DNA of 62,880 nucleotides, the filler included, from Atractiella rhizophila (lineage: Eukaryota): assembly GCA_021432655.1 (NCBI GenBank). It is 5 parts of 5 records of this genome, joined end to end, with 100 filler letters (N's around TTAATTAATTAA, not from the genome) between each part and the next. Parts side by side here need not be neighbours in the genome. Positions count along the whole stretch, not along the records: positions 25,309 to 55,899 come from MU271327.1; 4 more parts are not named here. One strand, written 5' to 3'. The notes beneath the pieces are model-generated. The model saw only the letters and a list, made by a program, of their open reading frames with translations. It was not told the origin of the DNA and searched no databases. The translations under genes and the position numbers were made by a program. This document shows positions 39,029 to 50,799 of the stretch, one piece after another (position 1 is the stretch's first letter; the number at the start of each line of letters is the position of its first letter).

Positions 39029-39930
39029 TCAATGTTTCCCTCCAGTTTTACCTCCCCTCACCGCCCTCGGCCTCCCCCCTTTCTCTCCGCTCCTTCTCGT
39101 GCCCATCCCATGAATAGATCCTCGTCCTATAGAACCGTTAGAGCCGCTTCCCCTCCTCGGATTCGATCCAGGAATCGTGGACAAGATGTCGTTGCTCTCC
39201 CCTCGGAGACGACGAGCCAGGAGGATATCTTTTGGCATTACTGTGACGCGTTTCGCATGGACGGCACATAACTGTACCGCATGATGATGGGTCACCATGT
39301 GCGAGAGTGTCACGGCGACTGCCTCAATAGGGAGAACTCACATTCGCGTCACTGAACAAGTCGACCAAATATTGTTCAGCCGATACCTTCCTCACACCAA
39401 AGGAACAGGGTGGTCTTCATACAAGCTCTATTCAGGGAGGAAGAAGATGGAGACAGACCTGCAATGCGTCCATTGCAGACACTTGGAAACGGATGTCGGG
39501 CTTGAATTCGGTCGCTATCTCTCTAACGAGTCTTTGGAACTACATCCGCCCACCAAAAGGTGTTGAGCCCATCAAAACCTCCACTCTAGTTAGCAGAGAG
39601 AAGGGATGAGGAGGACGCACGGGAAGTTTCCTGATCAGGAAATCTGTGCTTCCCTGGTATTTCCTGATCTCCCTCAACGCTACAGTTCCGGGTCTATAAC
39701 GGCGATGCTTCGAACCAGCCTCTGTTCCATCGAATTTCTTCAGCAACATGTATCCCTTCACTGGTAGAAGGGAGCAAGCAAAGGATACGGCGCACCCTTT
39801 TTGTTTGTTTGACTCAGTTTCTTGTCCGTTTTGATTGGGATATATTTTCTTGCTTGTTGCTGGCAGCAGAATGTCGGACCTTTTCGACGTTGGGAAAAAT
39901 GAGAGAACACAGTACTTTGGTGCGTGCCAT
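39029..39930 (-). CDS. Divergent histone H3 variant with RG-rich C-terminal extension, 6 exons
   Basis: Spliced product [127 protein letters not shown] plus extension. Confidence 0.88.
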
Positions 39931-39999
39931 GCTGGAACTTCTAAACCTGGCGAATCAGGTTCATGTATTGAGACTTGAAGATATAACTGGAAGAGGATG

Positions 40000-42055
40000 T
40001 AACCAGGAGGTGAAGGCAGCGAGAGGGGAAGGCTAACAGACGGAAAGCTCAGGAATTGCTTCTCAGGAGTTTGTAGTGAAAGTAGTTCACGAGCTNNNNN
40101 NNNNNNNNNNNNNNNNNNNNCTCAGGACTACTTATGTTAGCATGTTAGCATGTGAGTCTACTTCCTGGCGGACAAGCGTAACATGAAGTAAGGCGAGTGA
40201 GCAACGCGTAAGTTCGCTTGTTCGCGAACATGCAGAGGTAGGAACGGGCGAACGTTCCGGCGTTCTTCGCTGGTACCTTTGTCCGCTAATCTTTCCTCTT
40301 CACGTTAGGTTGCACGAGACTCCAAGTAACGATGGCATATAGCTAGCTCTAGGAAGGAAGGGAATTCACGCTGATAGCTTGAAGTGCGGCGACGTAGGTT
40401 CCCGGGAACGAGGCAAAATGTTCAGTTTTGTTTATAAATTCTGAACCCCTCCGAACGTAGTGCTTGGGACGAAAGGCGTATAGGGCAAGCAGTCATACTA
40501 ACGACAAAGGGGAACGCTCAGAACGGCGAGACGCGTTCACTTCACATACGCGCGATTAGTTCGATGAAGGACACTTGCTACACGGTTGTTGCCGAACCTG
40601 ACGCTTCAACAGATAGTGGACAGCTGGAAGGGTTTTAACTCGCGCCGAAGGAAAGTATGTTTTGGCTTCGTGGAGGTGTTTTCCACCCAACAGTCTAAGG
40701 TAGAGGAAGACCTTCGCTAGCACAGGACTGGCAACTGGAAGGGGCGACACGGGAGCACAACGTCTACCTTTGACCGTGTTGAAGGAGTCTACTTAATATG
40801 TAGCAGCGCAGTTGAACCTCGGCTGCACCCCTCTGACTTCTTGTTCGCTGCAGCGCTAGGGCTTCTTCTAAAGAGGAGAGGGCAGCGGGGAGCTATTTTG
40901 TAACGTTAGGTTCAACAGCTTATGGCGAGCTAACATGGAGCGGTAGCAAAACGACCTCGCAAACGAAGCTTTACTTCGTGGCAAGAGCATGCTGCTATTG
41001 GACAGCTCGAGTCTCGTCTTCGACTTCAAACTCTTTGTAGATGACGTTCCAAGCAGAAGAATATGTGCCCAGTCTAAGGACTTGATTACGCTGTTTGTCT
41101 GCAGCGCGGTGAACGTAAGCTTGTTATAATGAGCTTGCTCTATTTCTGTCACCCTATGCGCGAAGTTTGCCTTTTACCTCCACTCGGATTTCGAACAATG
41201 GGAGTATTCTACGCATCCTGAATGCTTCCGCATCTAGACCGAATAAATGTGGTATAGACAACCTTAGACCAAACGAGGTTTGAGACACCCGGGATTTAAT
41301 GTAGGACTACTTTTCCGGTAACAACTGGCTGAGACGTCCTATAACACGCTAGTTATGGAACCGCCCAAAACGGACGGTTGCGAAATAGGAGTGCCCTTCC
41401 TGTTCCCTCTGCTCTTAGAAGTAATGAATTTGATAATCTCAGTACGGAGAGGAGCAGGAGCAGGTGAGGCCTTCCGTTGAAAGCTGTTGAATAGGTAGTA
41501 GGAAGTCGAGTGTGTACGTAAATAACTAGTTAACGGAGCCGGCCTGCAAACCTTTCGCTACGAGCTTGACCGAGACCTTGTAAAACCACGCGAAACCGCC
41601 TCTTCACATTGGCTCGCTCTCACCGACTCTTTCGCTGTTGAACGGGTAAACTAACATTCAGAGTAAGGACAGGAACCGTTTGTCCGAGTACGATTAACAC
41701 CGGGTTCGCTGCTGACAGATTGAGAATGTGGACAGCTAAACCACCGAGGGAGACGACATGCAGGTGTAAGAGTTTGTCCGGGGTAATAGGATTTGCCTAC
41801 AAATCAAGCCTCTTTGTAATGTTTGCTAAGGAGGGTGTTCTCCCGTCGTACCTAACAGCAGAGAAGTGTCTATAGTGTAAAATAAGATGTAATTAATGCC
41901 TCCGCCGGCTTCTAGAGTGTCGGTAGCTGCCTGTGGAGGTCACGTGCTCTGTGGTCGATACCCGGCTTAGATGGAAAACTGCGCAACTTTTCTTTCAGCT
42001 GCGCACTGCATAAAACTCATAAAACGGACAATATGAAAAGCTGAACTTTTACTGA
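40000..42055. other. Mirror-oriented (reversed, not complemented) segment flanking a 25-N gap; left edge approximate
   Basis: Gene-like only when complemented without reversal; 40064-40095 is the exact reverse of 42056-42087. Confidence 0.88.
40496..41860. CDS. Zn(II)2Cys6 transcription factor readable only in the left-to-right complement; 3' end approximate
   Basis: Complement from 40496 reads MIAVSP-CESC-RSAQVK-C-MRANQATS-CERC-ANNGLD-C (CX2CX6CX8CX2CX6C), followed by GT...CTRAY...AG introns. Confidence 0.8.
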
Positions 42056-43202
42056 TCGAGCACTTGATGAAAGTGATGTTTGAGGACCTGACCGAACAAG
42101 CCAAGAAAGAACTGCTTGATTGTGTTGAAGTCACACCGATTTACACCTCCTCCTTGTCTCACTATGCAATAGCTGTCAACCAGCCGCAATTTAAATAAAG
42201 CATCAACTTCTAATGAACTTCACCCGCCAAACCGACGCCGCCGTTCCGTTGCCACTTCCTAGAATGGCAGGCGGCATTTCGGGAAGTAGAGTGGCGACGT
42301 AAGCAGCCTCTGAAATCCCATCGCTCGAACCAATTCAAACCAGAGTCTCTGAGCGGTCATATTTTGAACGGCATCGAGAAAAAGCGGGCAAGGAAAAGGT
42401 TCCGAAAGTTTGCATTGGTGCAACGCCGTTCCAACAGCACACACCTGAGGCTGATAATGAGTTGTAAATGCGAAGGTATCTGCGATGGATGCTGTCACCT
42501 TGGTACCTCGGATCATAATCCATGCAGTTGTGTAGTATACAGGTAGTACGCGTAGTAAAGATACATAACCCCGAAAACGCTGAAGAATCAGTCTGTCTGC
42601 TATCATGTTATCTTCGAGTTCAGCGCGCAAGTTGCAACAGCTGGAAATGCGGAAGCATCCCATTGTAGAACCGATATCACATCAAATCTTACATATTGTG
42701 GATGGAGAGAGCGCTTTGCAGAAATGCTCCTCACGTCGCCTTCAGGGAGAAGAGCACTATAGAGCGCTAAGGACTGCGTGTTGACATGATACTCACCTGA
42801 GTTTCCAGTGGACCTGCATCGAACCTGCTAAACTTGAAGTTTTGACATTTGGCCGAATCTCCAAATAAAATGCTGCGAACATGGCCCAGGTCTTCGTGTC
42901 TTCGTTGACATGCCTGTACTGTACGAGTCCAATCTTCACGCTCATAGAGGCAACTCAAGGGGGCGAGTAATCCCACCTGAGGGGACATTCTCCACCGTGC
43001 TCCGTTTCCGAATTCTGAGCCACAGCTCCACTATGTAACTAACTACTCAGATTTCCACACCGCGATCCCCACCACGCAAGAGGAGGTGGAGGGGCTGCCA
43101 ATTTGGGCATATAAAAGGTGGCACTTCATCAAATCAATCGCCTACTGTCCCTTTCTTCATCTCAAGCAAACTATTGACACCAAGTACATCATTGCACTCA
43201 AA

Positions 43203-44914
43203 ATGGCAAGTGATAAGAAGAAGATGCCTTATGGTTCGAGATATTTCCTGTATGATGTACTTGTGCTAAGGATGATCCACAGTGAGATTGGGGAATTCTG
43301 GATTGAAGGTTTCAAAAGTATGTGGACTCTCGTCTGAAACCTAAGAGCGTCGTTGACGATAGATGTGCTTAGATCATCTTAGGTTGCATGAGCTATGGTA
43401 TGCTCTCCTCCCCTTCTCTGAAAAGGGTTATAACTCCCTTTCCAGGTAGTCCCGAGTGGCAGGACTGGGTGTTGGGAGAGGAAGAGGGGATCAAGCACAT
43501 CAAGGCTGCTTATGAGCTGGGGATCAACACGTTCGAGTGAGTTCATTTCTGGTTGTCCCTCTCTATGATGGAACATGACTTCGCTTTCTAGTACCGCCAA
43601 CGGTTCGTTCCCGATTTTTAATTGGGGATCGCTGCTGAAAGCACCTGGGGTTAGTCTATTCTTCCGGTCTCTCGGAAGTCGTTCTGGGAAACGCGATCGA
43701 GCAGTTGAAGTTACCGAGAGAGAAGATCGTGGTCATGACGAAGGTTCTTCTCACTCTTCCGTTTACGAAACCGTTTCTGATCGAGTAACAGGTATACTCT
43801 ACAGTTCATGACGAACCAGGGAAGAATGTTATGGCAACTTGTCCTGGAAACCCCGACGATTGGGGCTATGTCAAGTACGCGTCCTTCCGTTCCCTTGCTT
43901 TCTCCATTTCATGAACCAATTTGGGTATAGTCAACACGGTTTGAGCCGAAAGCATATTTTTGCCAGTGTGCAAGCATCCTTGAAGCGTTTGAAGCTGGAC
44001 TACATCGACTTGCTGCAATGTCCGTCTGTGCTTCACGCCATCTTCGAACAGCTAAAGACTTTTTGTGGTAAAAGGCCATAGGTTCGACTATGAAACGCCA
44101 ATCGAAGAAACGATGCAAGCTTGCATGATGTGGTCCAGAAAGGATGGGTGCGATACATTGGGATGGTGCGCTTTATCACTTTAACCCCCCGCGTTTCACA
44201 ATCTAACTATCTGAGTATGAATCTACCAGTCCTCCTGCCATGCCTATCAGTTCCATGCCATGCAGAACTATGCCATTTCGAAAAACCTTACTCCTTTCAT
44301 CAGCATGCAGAACCATTATTCGGCTATCTATCGTGAGGAAGAAAGGGAGATGATGCCCACTCTGAAGATGTATGGTGTTGGCTGTATTCCCTGGAGTCCA
44401 CTGGGTACGTTCGTCACACCCTCGCTTCCGTCCCGCTGAAGCTCGCGATAACATGACGCTCTGGGACGTAGGTCGAGGTCTCCTCACGCGACCTTGGGCC
44501 CAAAACAAAACCACGGAAAGAGGAAAGTCGGATAAGTTCCTCAGCCTCATGGTGAAAGATGCTACCGGAGAAAGCGACGAGAAGATCGTGAGTGCGGTAG
44601 AACAGGTGGCAAAGAAGAAAGGCGTGTCCATGGCGCAGGTATGGTTTCCTTGCCATCATCAACCCAGATGGAATTTGGCTGACAGAAAGGTAGATTGCAA
44701 TCGCCTACTTGTTGCACAAGCCTGGAGTTACAGCTCCAATCTTTGGGACGACAAAGCTTGAGAGCGTGTACGAGCTCGCCGCAGCTGTCAACATTACCTT
44801 GGATGAGGCTGACATTAAAGCGTAAGCTGTTTCTCATCTTTCAGATAACTTCGTTAATTCTCGGATAGAATCGATGAGCCATATACTCCAAGAGATGTCT
44901 TTGGGCACACTTGA
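43203..44914 (+). CDS. Aldo-keto reductase (aryl-alcohol dehydrogenase-like), many introns
   Basis: RLGNSGLKVS, LGCMSYG, GINTFDTANVYS, GLSRKHIFASV..SLKRL.LDYIDLLQ, RYIGMSS, MQNHYS, PWSPLGRG. Confidence 0.92.
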
Positions 44915-45006
44915 GAGCTGTTTATGGTTTGCACGGTTTGTTCTGGCAGAGAAATGCGATAAGCGAAAGGGCGAATATGTACAAATACTCAATGGCGAAG
45001 TAGCAC

Positions 45007-47680
45007 TTATTGAACGCCGTAGCTTTCCTCCCCAGTCATGAGCTGGCTTTTAGATGACCTTTGCTCCGCCCCTACATACCCCTGCCATGTCATCCCAGAA
45101 TTCCTCACTGAGGCGAGGGCTGCTTGAGCTTTGAAGCCATTAGCCAAAGCTTCTTCGAGGCCGTCAGCCCAAGTCTCGCCATAAAACCCCAATGTGCGAG
45201 TTGCTTCTATAATCGCGCCAACGTCGTTCAACTTTGCGAGTCAATCGAAGCCGCTCGTATCGTCATTCAAATACTTCCAAAGATAGGCCATTCCTCCTGG
45301 CAATCGACGAAGAGCGGCAACAGGCCATGATCTTGTCGCTAGTCCAGGGGAGACGGCGACTCCGATTGCTAATCTCTCTTTTAATTTCGGTCTGAAGATA
45401 ATAAGGATCACTCGCCTTTAAATGAGCTTTAAGATAACCCTCAAGGCAATGAATTATTTGATTACCTTCTTGTTTTGCCCTGCCCAAGAAGAGTCAAGGC
45501 CAAGGAAGAATGTTGACTTTGAGCTCCCTCCACGTAAGCGAAATAATCAGACAGAATCTTCGCATTCATCATGATATTAAATATTGGCTTGTCGCTGGCG
45601 TACGCGGTGAGAGCAGAGCAGGAAAGAGACGCAATAACAGACGAGATCCAGACGGTCTCTCTCCGCACTTTGAATCTACTTGGAAAGCCAACCAATTTCG
45701 ATCGTAGTCGATTGTGCATATCGTTCCAGTCTCTGAAAAGTGTTCTTCATTCACCGAACTCAGCAAATGAGGACTCTGAGTTTGCGGCACTGCAATTTTG
45801 CATCTTTTTATCTGTGGGAGACGTTACAGAGATAGGTGAACAAGGGATTTGACGCACAACTTAGATTGGATTCCTTTTCTAGGGCAAATTGGACGACATG
45901 GAGGAATTTCTCTTCATTCATCGATGGTTCTAATTGATTGATGGAAGTGGAGGACAAATAAGTCCCCAAAGGCCATGAAGTACCGGACAGCATTGACAGG
46001 AGATCGGACTCAGTTCTGGGTGACAATTAGCTTCAGTACAATCCGAAGCAAGTGACACACATGAGTAGTGTCTCGCCAGATCGCCCATAGCGTTGACAGC
46101 CACGTAGGCTGACAATATCCATCATGAACATAACGTGCACACAGTATTTGTCAATGAAGGCTCCAAGTCGTTGTCAATCATTTGTCTAAAAAGCTATTGC
46201 CATCGTAAATTGGCTTTCTGGCAGGACGAGAAAGTCACGCTACGGGCAAATGAAACTGCAATAACGACGAGTGCAACCCTTCCTGGAAATGATTTCCCTC
46301 TGAACACTTGTCGTTGTTCCTATCCCAGATCATGAACAGTGACTCGAACTACGATGCCATGTAGCAGCTTACCTTTTTTCATCTTCCGACGATCCCGAAT
46401 CCGAGCAAACTTTCCATATTTATTGCTCGTGCATTATTCGGCATACATTTGGAGGGAGATTTTGTCGTCAACTATTGCAAGCAGGGTCTGAATTGACTCG
46501 CTGGGTGGGACTAGCACATTGTAGACCAGTGGTACAGCTGCCGTTGTGTCCCACAAGGAGGACAGGAGACACCCCGATCTCTGACATAGAGAGTGCATAG
46601 CGGCTTTCATACCAGTTGACCTCTCCTTTTCACCGAACTTGCAACACAGAGTCGTATGGCAGGTACGAAACGGTGCTTCTGTGTTGTCGCTTAGAGAAAC
46701 AAGCAGTCACCTCAATGCCATGATGGAGATGTTGAAAGTCACTCACCACATTCGCAGAGAAAGAACGTGGAAGGTTCCTTCGCTGGCATATTCAAAATTC
46801 CAGATCTTGCGAGCTTGCGAACCGTGCCAGTGGACTTGAACTTGCCCTTCTCCTTCAGTTAATTTAGGCCACCTTCGCCTACTTCCTCGAACTCTTCTCT
46901 TCGTTCCTTGTTCTTTCTGGAAATCAAACCAATAGAGCTCCGAACAAAGAGCAATTGCACAATTAACACGTGACACCAGAGATTATTCTACCTTGATTTG
47001 CGTTCGTTGCTGTTTGTCTCTTTCTGAAAAGAAAGCAAAAGTTGATATGCATTTGCATTCGTACCTTACCCATTTATCAACCATTGGATCCCTGAACTTG
47101 CCTGAGCTTCTAGACTGTGGTGACAGCTCAACGCCAGATACGAAAATCACCAACCATAACGCATGCAGGTATCACATTGCCATTCTTGAATTCATCAATT
47201 CATGAATTTCAATACCTTTTCGACTGGCTATAAATAGATCTTGAAAGTTCCAATGTTACTTCCGGATGTAGTGAGCTAGGTCCGTTTCGCTAAACCTTCC
47301 ACCATCACCCTTCCTCCAGCTGCTCTGTGCCCCGCTTGACTCTCAAGCTCCCTTGTGGCTACTGCTTTGTTTTGCCTTGCCCGTAGCTAAGGATTCGGCA
47401 CCGGTTGTCTGAGTTTCCTCGGTGAGTGGTCGTGTGCACTTTGAAGCCTTTCAACATCGACTTCAGACAACGCAAACTGGCTTGTCACGGTGTCATAGAA
47501 TTTCGATAATTGAAACCCGTGAGGTCTGTGAAAAGGCTTGAGTCTCGTTGTTTCCTCTTCAAATTTACCAGCAGCTTCCATTCTTGAAACAAAAGCTGGT
47601 TGCTGACTGTCCTGCGATGAGTCTTTCGAGCCTTGCAAATCTGGTACTTTCAGTTGCCAGTTCATATCAAGTCGAATCAT
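45007..47680 (-). CDS. Hypothetical multi-exon protein (structure not resolved)
   Basis: Series of short minus-strand ORFs with intron-like boundaries; no family recognised. Confidence 0.35.
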
Positions 47681-47764
47681 GGTGCAGGGCGGTGAACGTT
47701 GAGCGCTGAGCGCTGAGCTTTGACCAGTGGCTAATAAATCTGTTCAAACATCGCAGTGCGAAAC

Positions 47765-50023
47765 ATGTCTTATCGACCAGTTGCCATCACATCAGACGAC
47801 GACGCCTCAGACAACGAGTCTGTAGCTTCCAGCAGCAGTAGCAATAGCTCCATCAAAACTTCTTCCACGACCTCTTCAATAACCTTCCGTCTCCCGTTAC
47901 CCGTCACCTCTAATGCCACATTTCCACCATTGATTTCTTCCGCCTTCAAATCCTCGGACAACGAATCCTTCGGAGAACGGATACGGAACATCTTTCAATC
48001 TTCTATTCTTTCTTTTAGCATAATTATTTCGGTGGGATTCATAGCTCTCCTCATATGGTTATTGCCTTATCTCAACCTCCCTCCCTTGCCGTGGGCTGGA
48101 CTCCTACCTTTAGGGAGGTACCATAATATTCCAGACGACTTTTCAATCCCTTCTTGCGCTCAACCGCCTCCTCTAGTTCCTGACGCCAGGTACCGCATTT
48201 CCCCAGACAGAGATAGAACGTCGAAGCTGCTATCCGATGCGATAAAGATACCCACGGAGAGCTGGGACGACGAAGGTGAGGTGGGAGAGGATCCGAGGTG
48301 GGAAGTCTTCCTGCCTTTTCACGAGTGGTTGGAAGGCGCGTTTCCGAACGTCTATAAGAGTGAAAAGGTGGAGAAGGAGAAGGTCAACGAGTACGGACTG
48401 CTTTATGTCTGGAAAGGAAGCAACGAGTCTCTCAAACCCTTGTTGCTCATGGCTCACCAGGGTTTGCGTCCCTTTGCCGTTTGGATCGTGCCCTAAGTCC
48501 TGACATGTACATTCGCGGATAGATACCGTTCCAGTCGATCCCTCAACTTCCTCTCTGTGGACGCATCCTCCCTTCTCTGGTGACATCGACTCCGCCTGGA
48601 TCTGGGGTCGCGGTGCCGTTGACTGCAAGTCCCAACTAGTATCTGTACTTGAGACTGTGGAATCATTGCTCATTGCCGGCTTCAAACCGAAGCGGACGGT
48701 GATCGTTTCCTTCGGTTTTGATGAAGAGACTACGGGGTATAAAGGCGCCGGGAAGCTGCATGATCGAATAGTTGAGAAGTTTGGGAAGGATTCAGTGGTC
48801 GCGATCGTTGATGAAGGTGGATTGGTGGAGGAGCAGTGGGGTAGGACATTCGCCTATCCTCACATTGGCGAGAAAGGATACATGGACTTGTACGCGTCTT
48901 TCTTCTGACCTACTTCTCACCTTCACTTGTTCTGCAGAGAAATAACCGTCGAGACTCCTGGAGGTCACTCGTCCACACCACCACGGCACACTTCGATAGG
49001 TCTGCTCCTCTTCATTCCACTACTTTGAGAACCTTCTATTTGATGAACATTGTTTTTAGGCATCATGTCCTCGCTCATCACTGCTCTTGAGGCTTCCCCA
49101 TTCTTTCCTGATCTTCAACCTACGAATCCATTCGTCAACGAACTCATTTGCACTGCAGAATATGGTCTGACACTGCCATTGGATGGAAAGCGTGCCATTG
49201 AGAACATGCGAGACGGAGACTTTGATACTGTTCTTGAGTGGCTTGATGTTGAAGAGGGAGAATGGGCGGAAGAAAGGAGGTGGCTCGCCGCAACCTCTCA
49301 AGGTATGTGCTCGTTTTCCGCCTCAAATCTTACCTGAGCGATGTGTCTTGATAGCGGTGGACATTATTCAAGGAGGCGTCAAAGTACGTTCCTTGGCTTC
49401 TGCAGGAAGGAAAAGCGAAACTAATTTGATCCAAGGTAAACTCTCTCCCCGAACGCGTCACTGCAACGGTAAACTACCGCCTGAATCCCTCGCACACCCT
49501 CTCACAAGTGAAACAACGCATTACGACCGTCCTCTATCCCGCCGTCGCATATCACGGTCTGGCCTTCCATCCTTTCGTCAATGATAACACCACATCGTTC
49601 GATTATCATTTCCAGATGCCCCACATAAGGAAACCAAGAGGCACCGTGACACTGAGAGGGATCGGTGAACTGGAAAGCGCACCAGTGTCTCCGACTGAAG
49701 GGAAAGTATGGGAGACTTTTAGCGCGACTATCAGGGGATGGAAGGACGATATCGTGGTTGCACCTTCTGCACCATCTGGGAACACGGATACGCATTTTAT
49801 GGTCTGCCCCTCTTGCATTATTAACTGTGTTGCATTGTATTGACAATCCTTCTTGCGATAGTGGGATCTTACCCCGAATATTTATCGTTTCAGCCCTGTG
49901 GACAAGGACGGAGCGAGAGGCTTGCATACCGTTGATGAGAGGATCAATAGAGACGAGCTCGTAGGGATGGTGAAGTTTTTCGGAAACCTGATCCTGAACT
50001 TTGACGCTTTGGACAATAACTAG
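47765..50023 (+). CDS. CPS1: Gly-Xaa carboxypeptidase S (peptidase M20), multi-exon, with N-terminal TM anchor
   Basis: LLMAHQ|DTVP, WGRGAVDCK, GFDEET, DEGG, EKGYMD, GGHSSTPP, GNTDTH, HTVDER. Confidence 0.9.
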
Positions 50024-50799
50024 ACACTCTCTGCTTTCCTACTTCCATATTGATGTATAATAGCATTGAACGGACTCAGTATAATTTGTACGATAAGATG
50101 CAGCACGATGGCAGACTCAGACGGCGACATCGCCAGGCGATGAATTCGAAGATGCCAACAGATGGGGTCAGTGAGAGTTTCACATGAATATATATTTATT
50201 GTCAAGGAAAAAGAAACGATGATTTGATTAACAGAACCAAGACAATGTTGAACGCCTCTTTAATTAAGGACCTTGATATACTCTACTTGTCACAATTCCA
50301 ATTAAATGAATGAGAACTTCAGAACAAATCATCTAGTACACAAGCCAACTGTGACAAGGAGAGCGAATTTGAGGCATCGGGAAGAGGTATCCAGTCGAAG
50401 TTCGACTCTAAAATATATATAGTTTTGAAAGGTTGGGGGATCTCTCCAGGAAAGCACCAAACTATGTGGGAGGGTGAAGGGGAACAGAGAAAGTTAACGA
50501 GTACTGTTCTGTTTTTGAGACATAACAGAGTTTGTGGGAAGGCATGTGTGGGCATGTTAAGCTGCTAAAACGATGTGGTAAAGGGGAAATAAATAAGGAG
50601 CAAAAGGACGCAATTTAGAAAAGCGAAATGAAACCAAAGTTCTGAAAGACTGGGAACATGAGGTGACACGATGTTTCGCACTAGCACCAAGAGCGGAGGA
50701 AACATTGACAGTCAAACAACGACAACTCACTCAGAGTCCGCACTGAAAGGTATGTATGAACTCCGAAAGATTAACAGGATTAGATGATTGGTTCAAGGC

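Noticed and set aside
39029..39930. Calling the histone CenH3/Cse4
   Set aside because: Q68 and F84 are retained, loop 1 is not extended and the tail starts ARTKQ; only T107->A is CenH3-like.
40556..41152. Listed minus-strand ORFs 40556-40750 and 40868-41152
   Set aside because: They lie in the mirrored block and are incidental open frames.
41420..41460. Sarcin-ricin-loop-like string (ctcagtacggagagga) suggesting a degenerate LSU rRNA copy
   Set aside because: Flanks and spacing do not match LSU rRNA; the region is better explained as mirrored protein-coding sequence.
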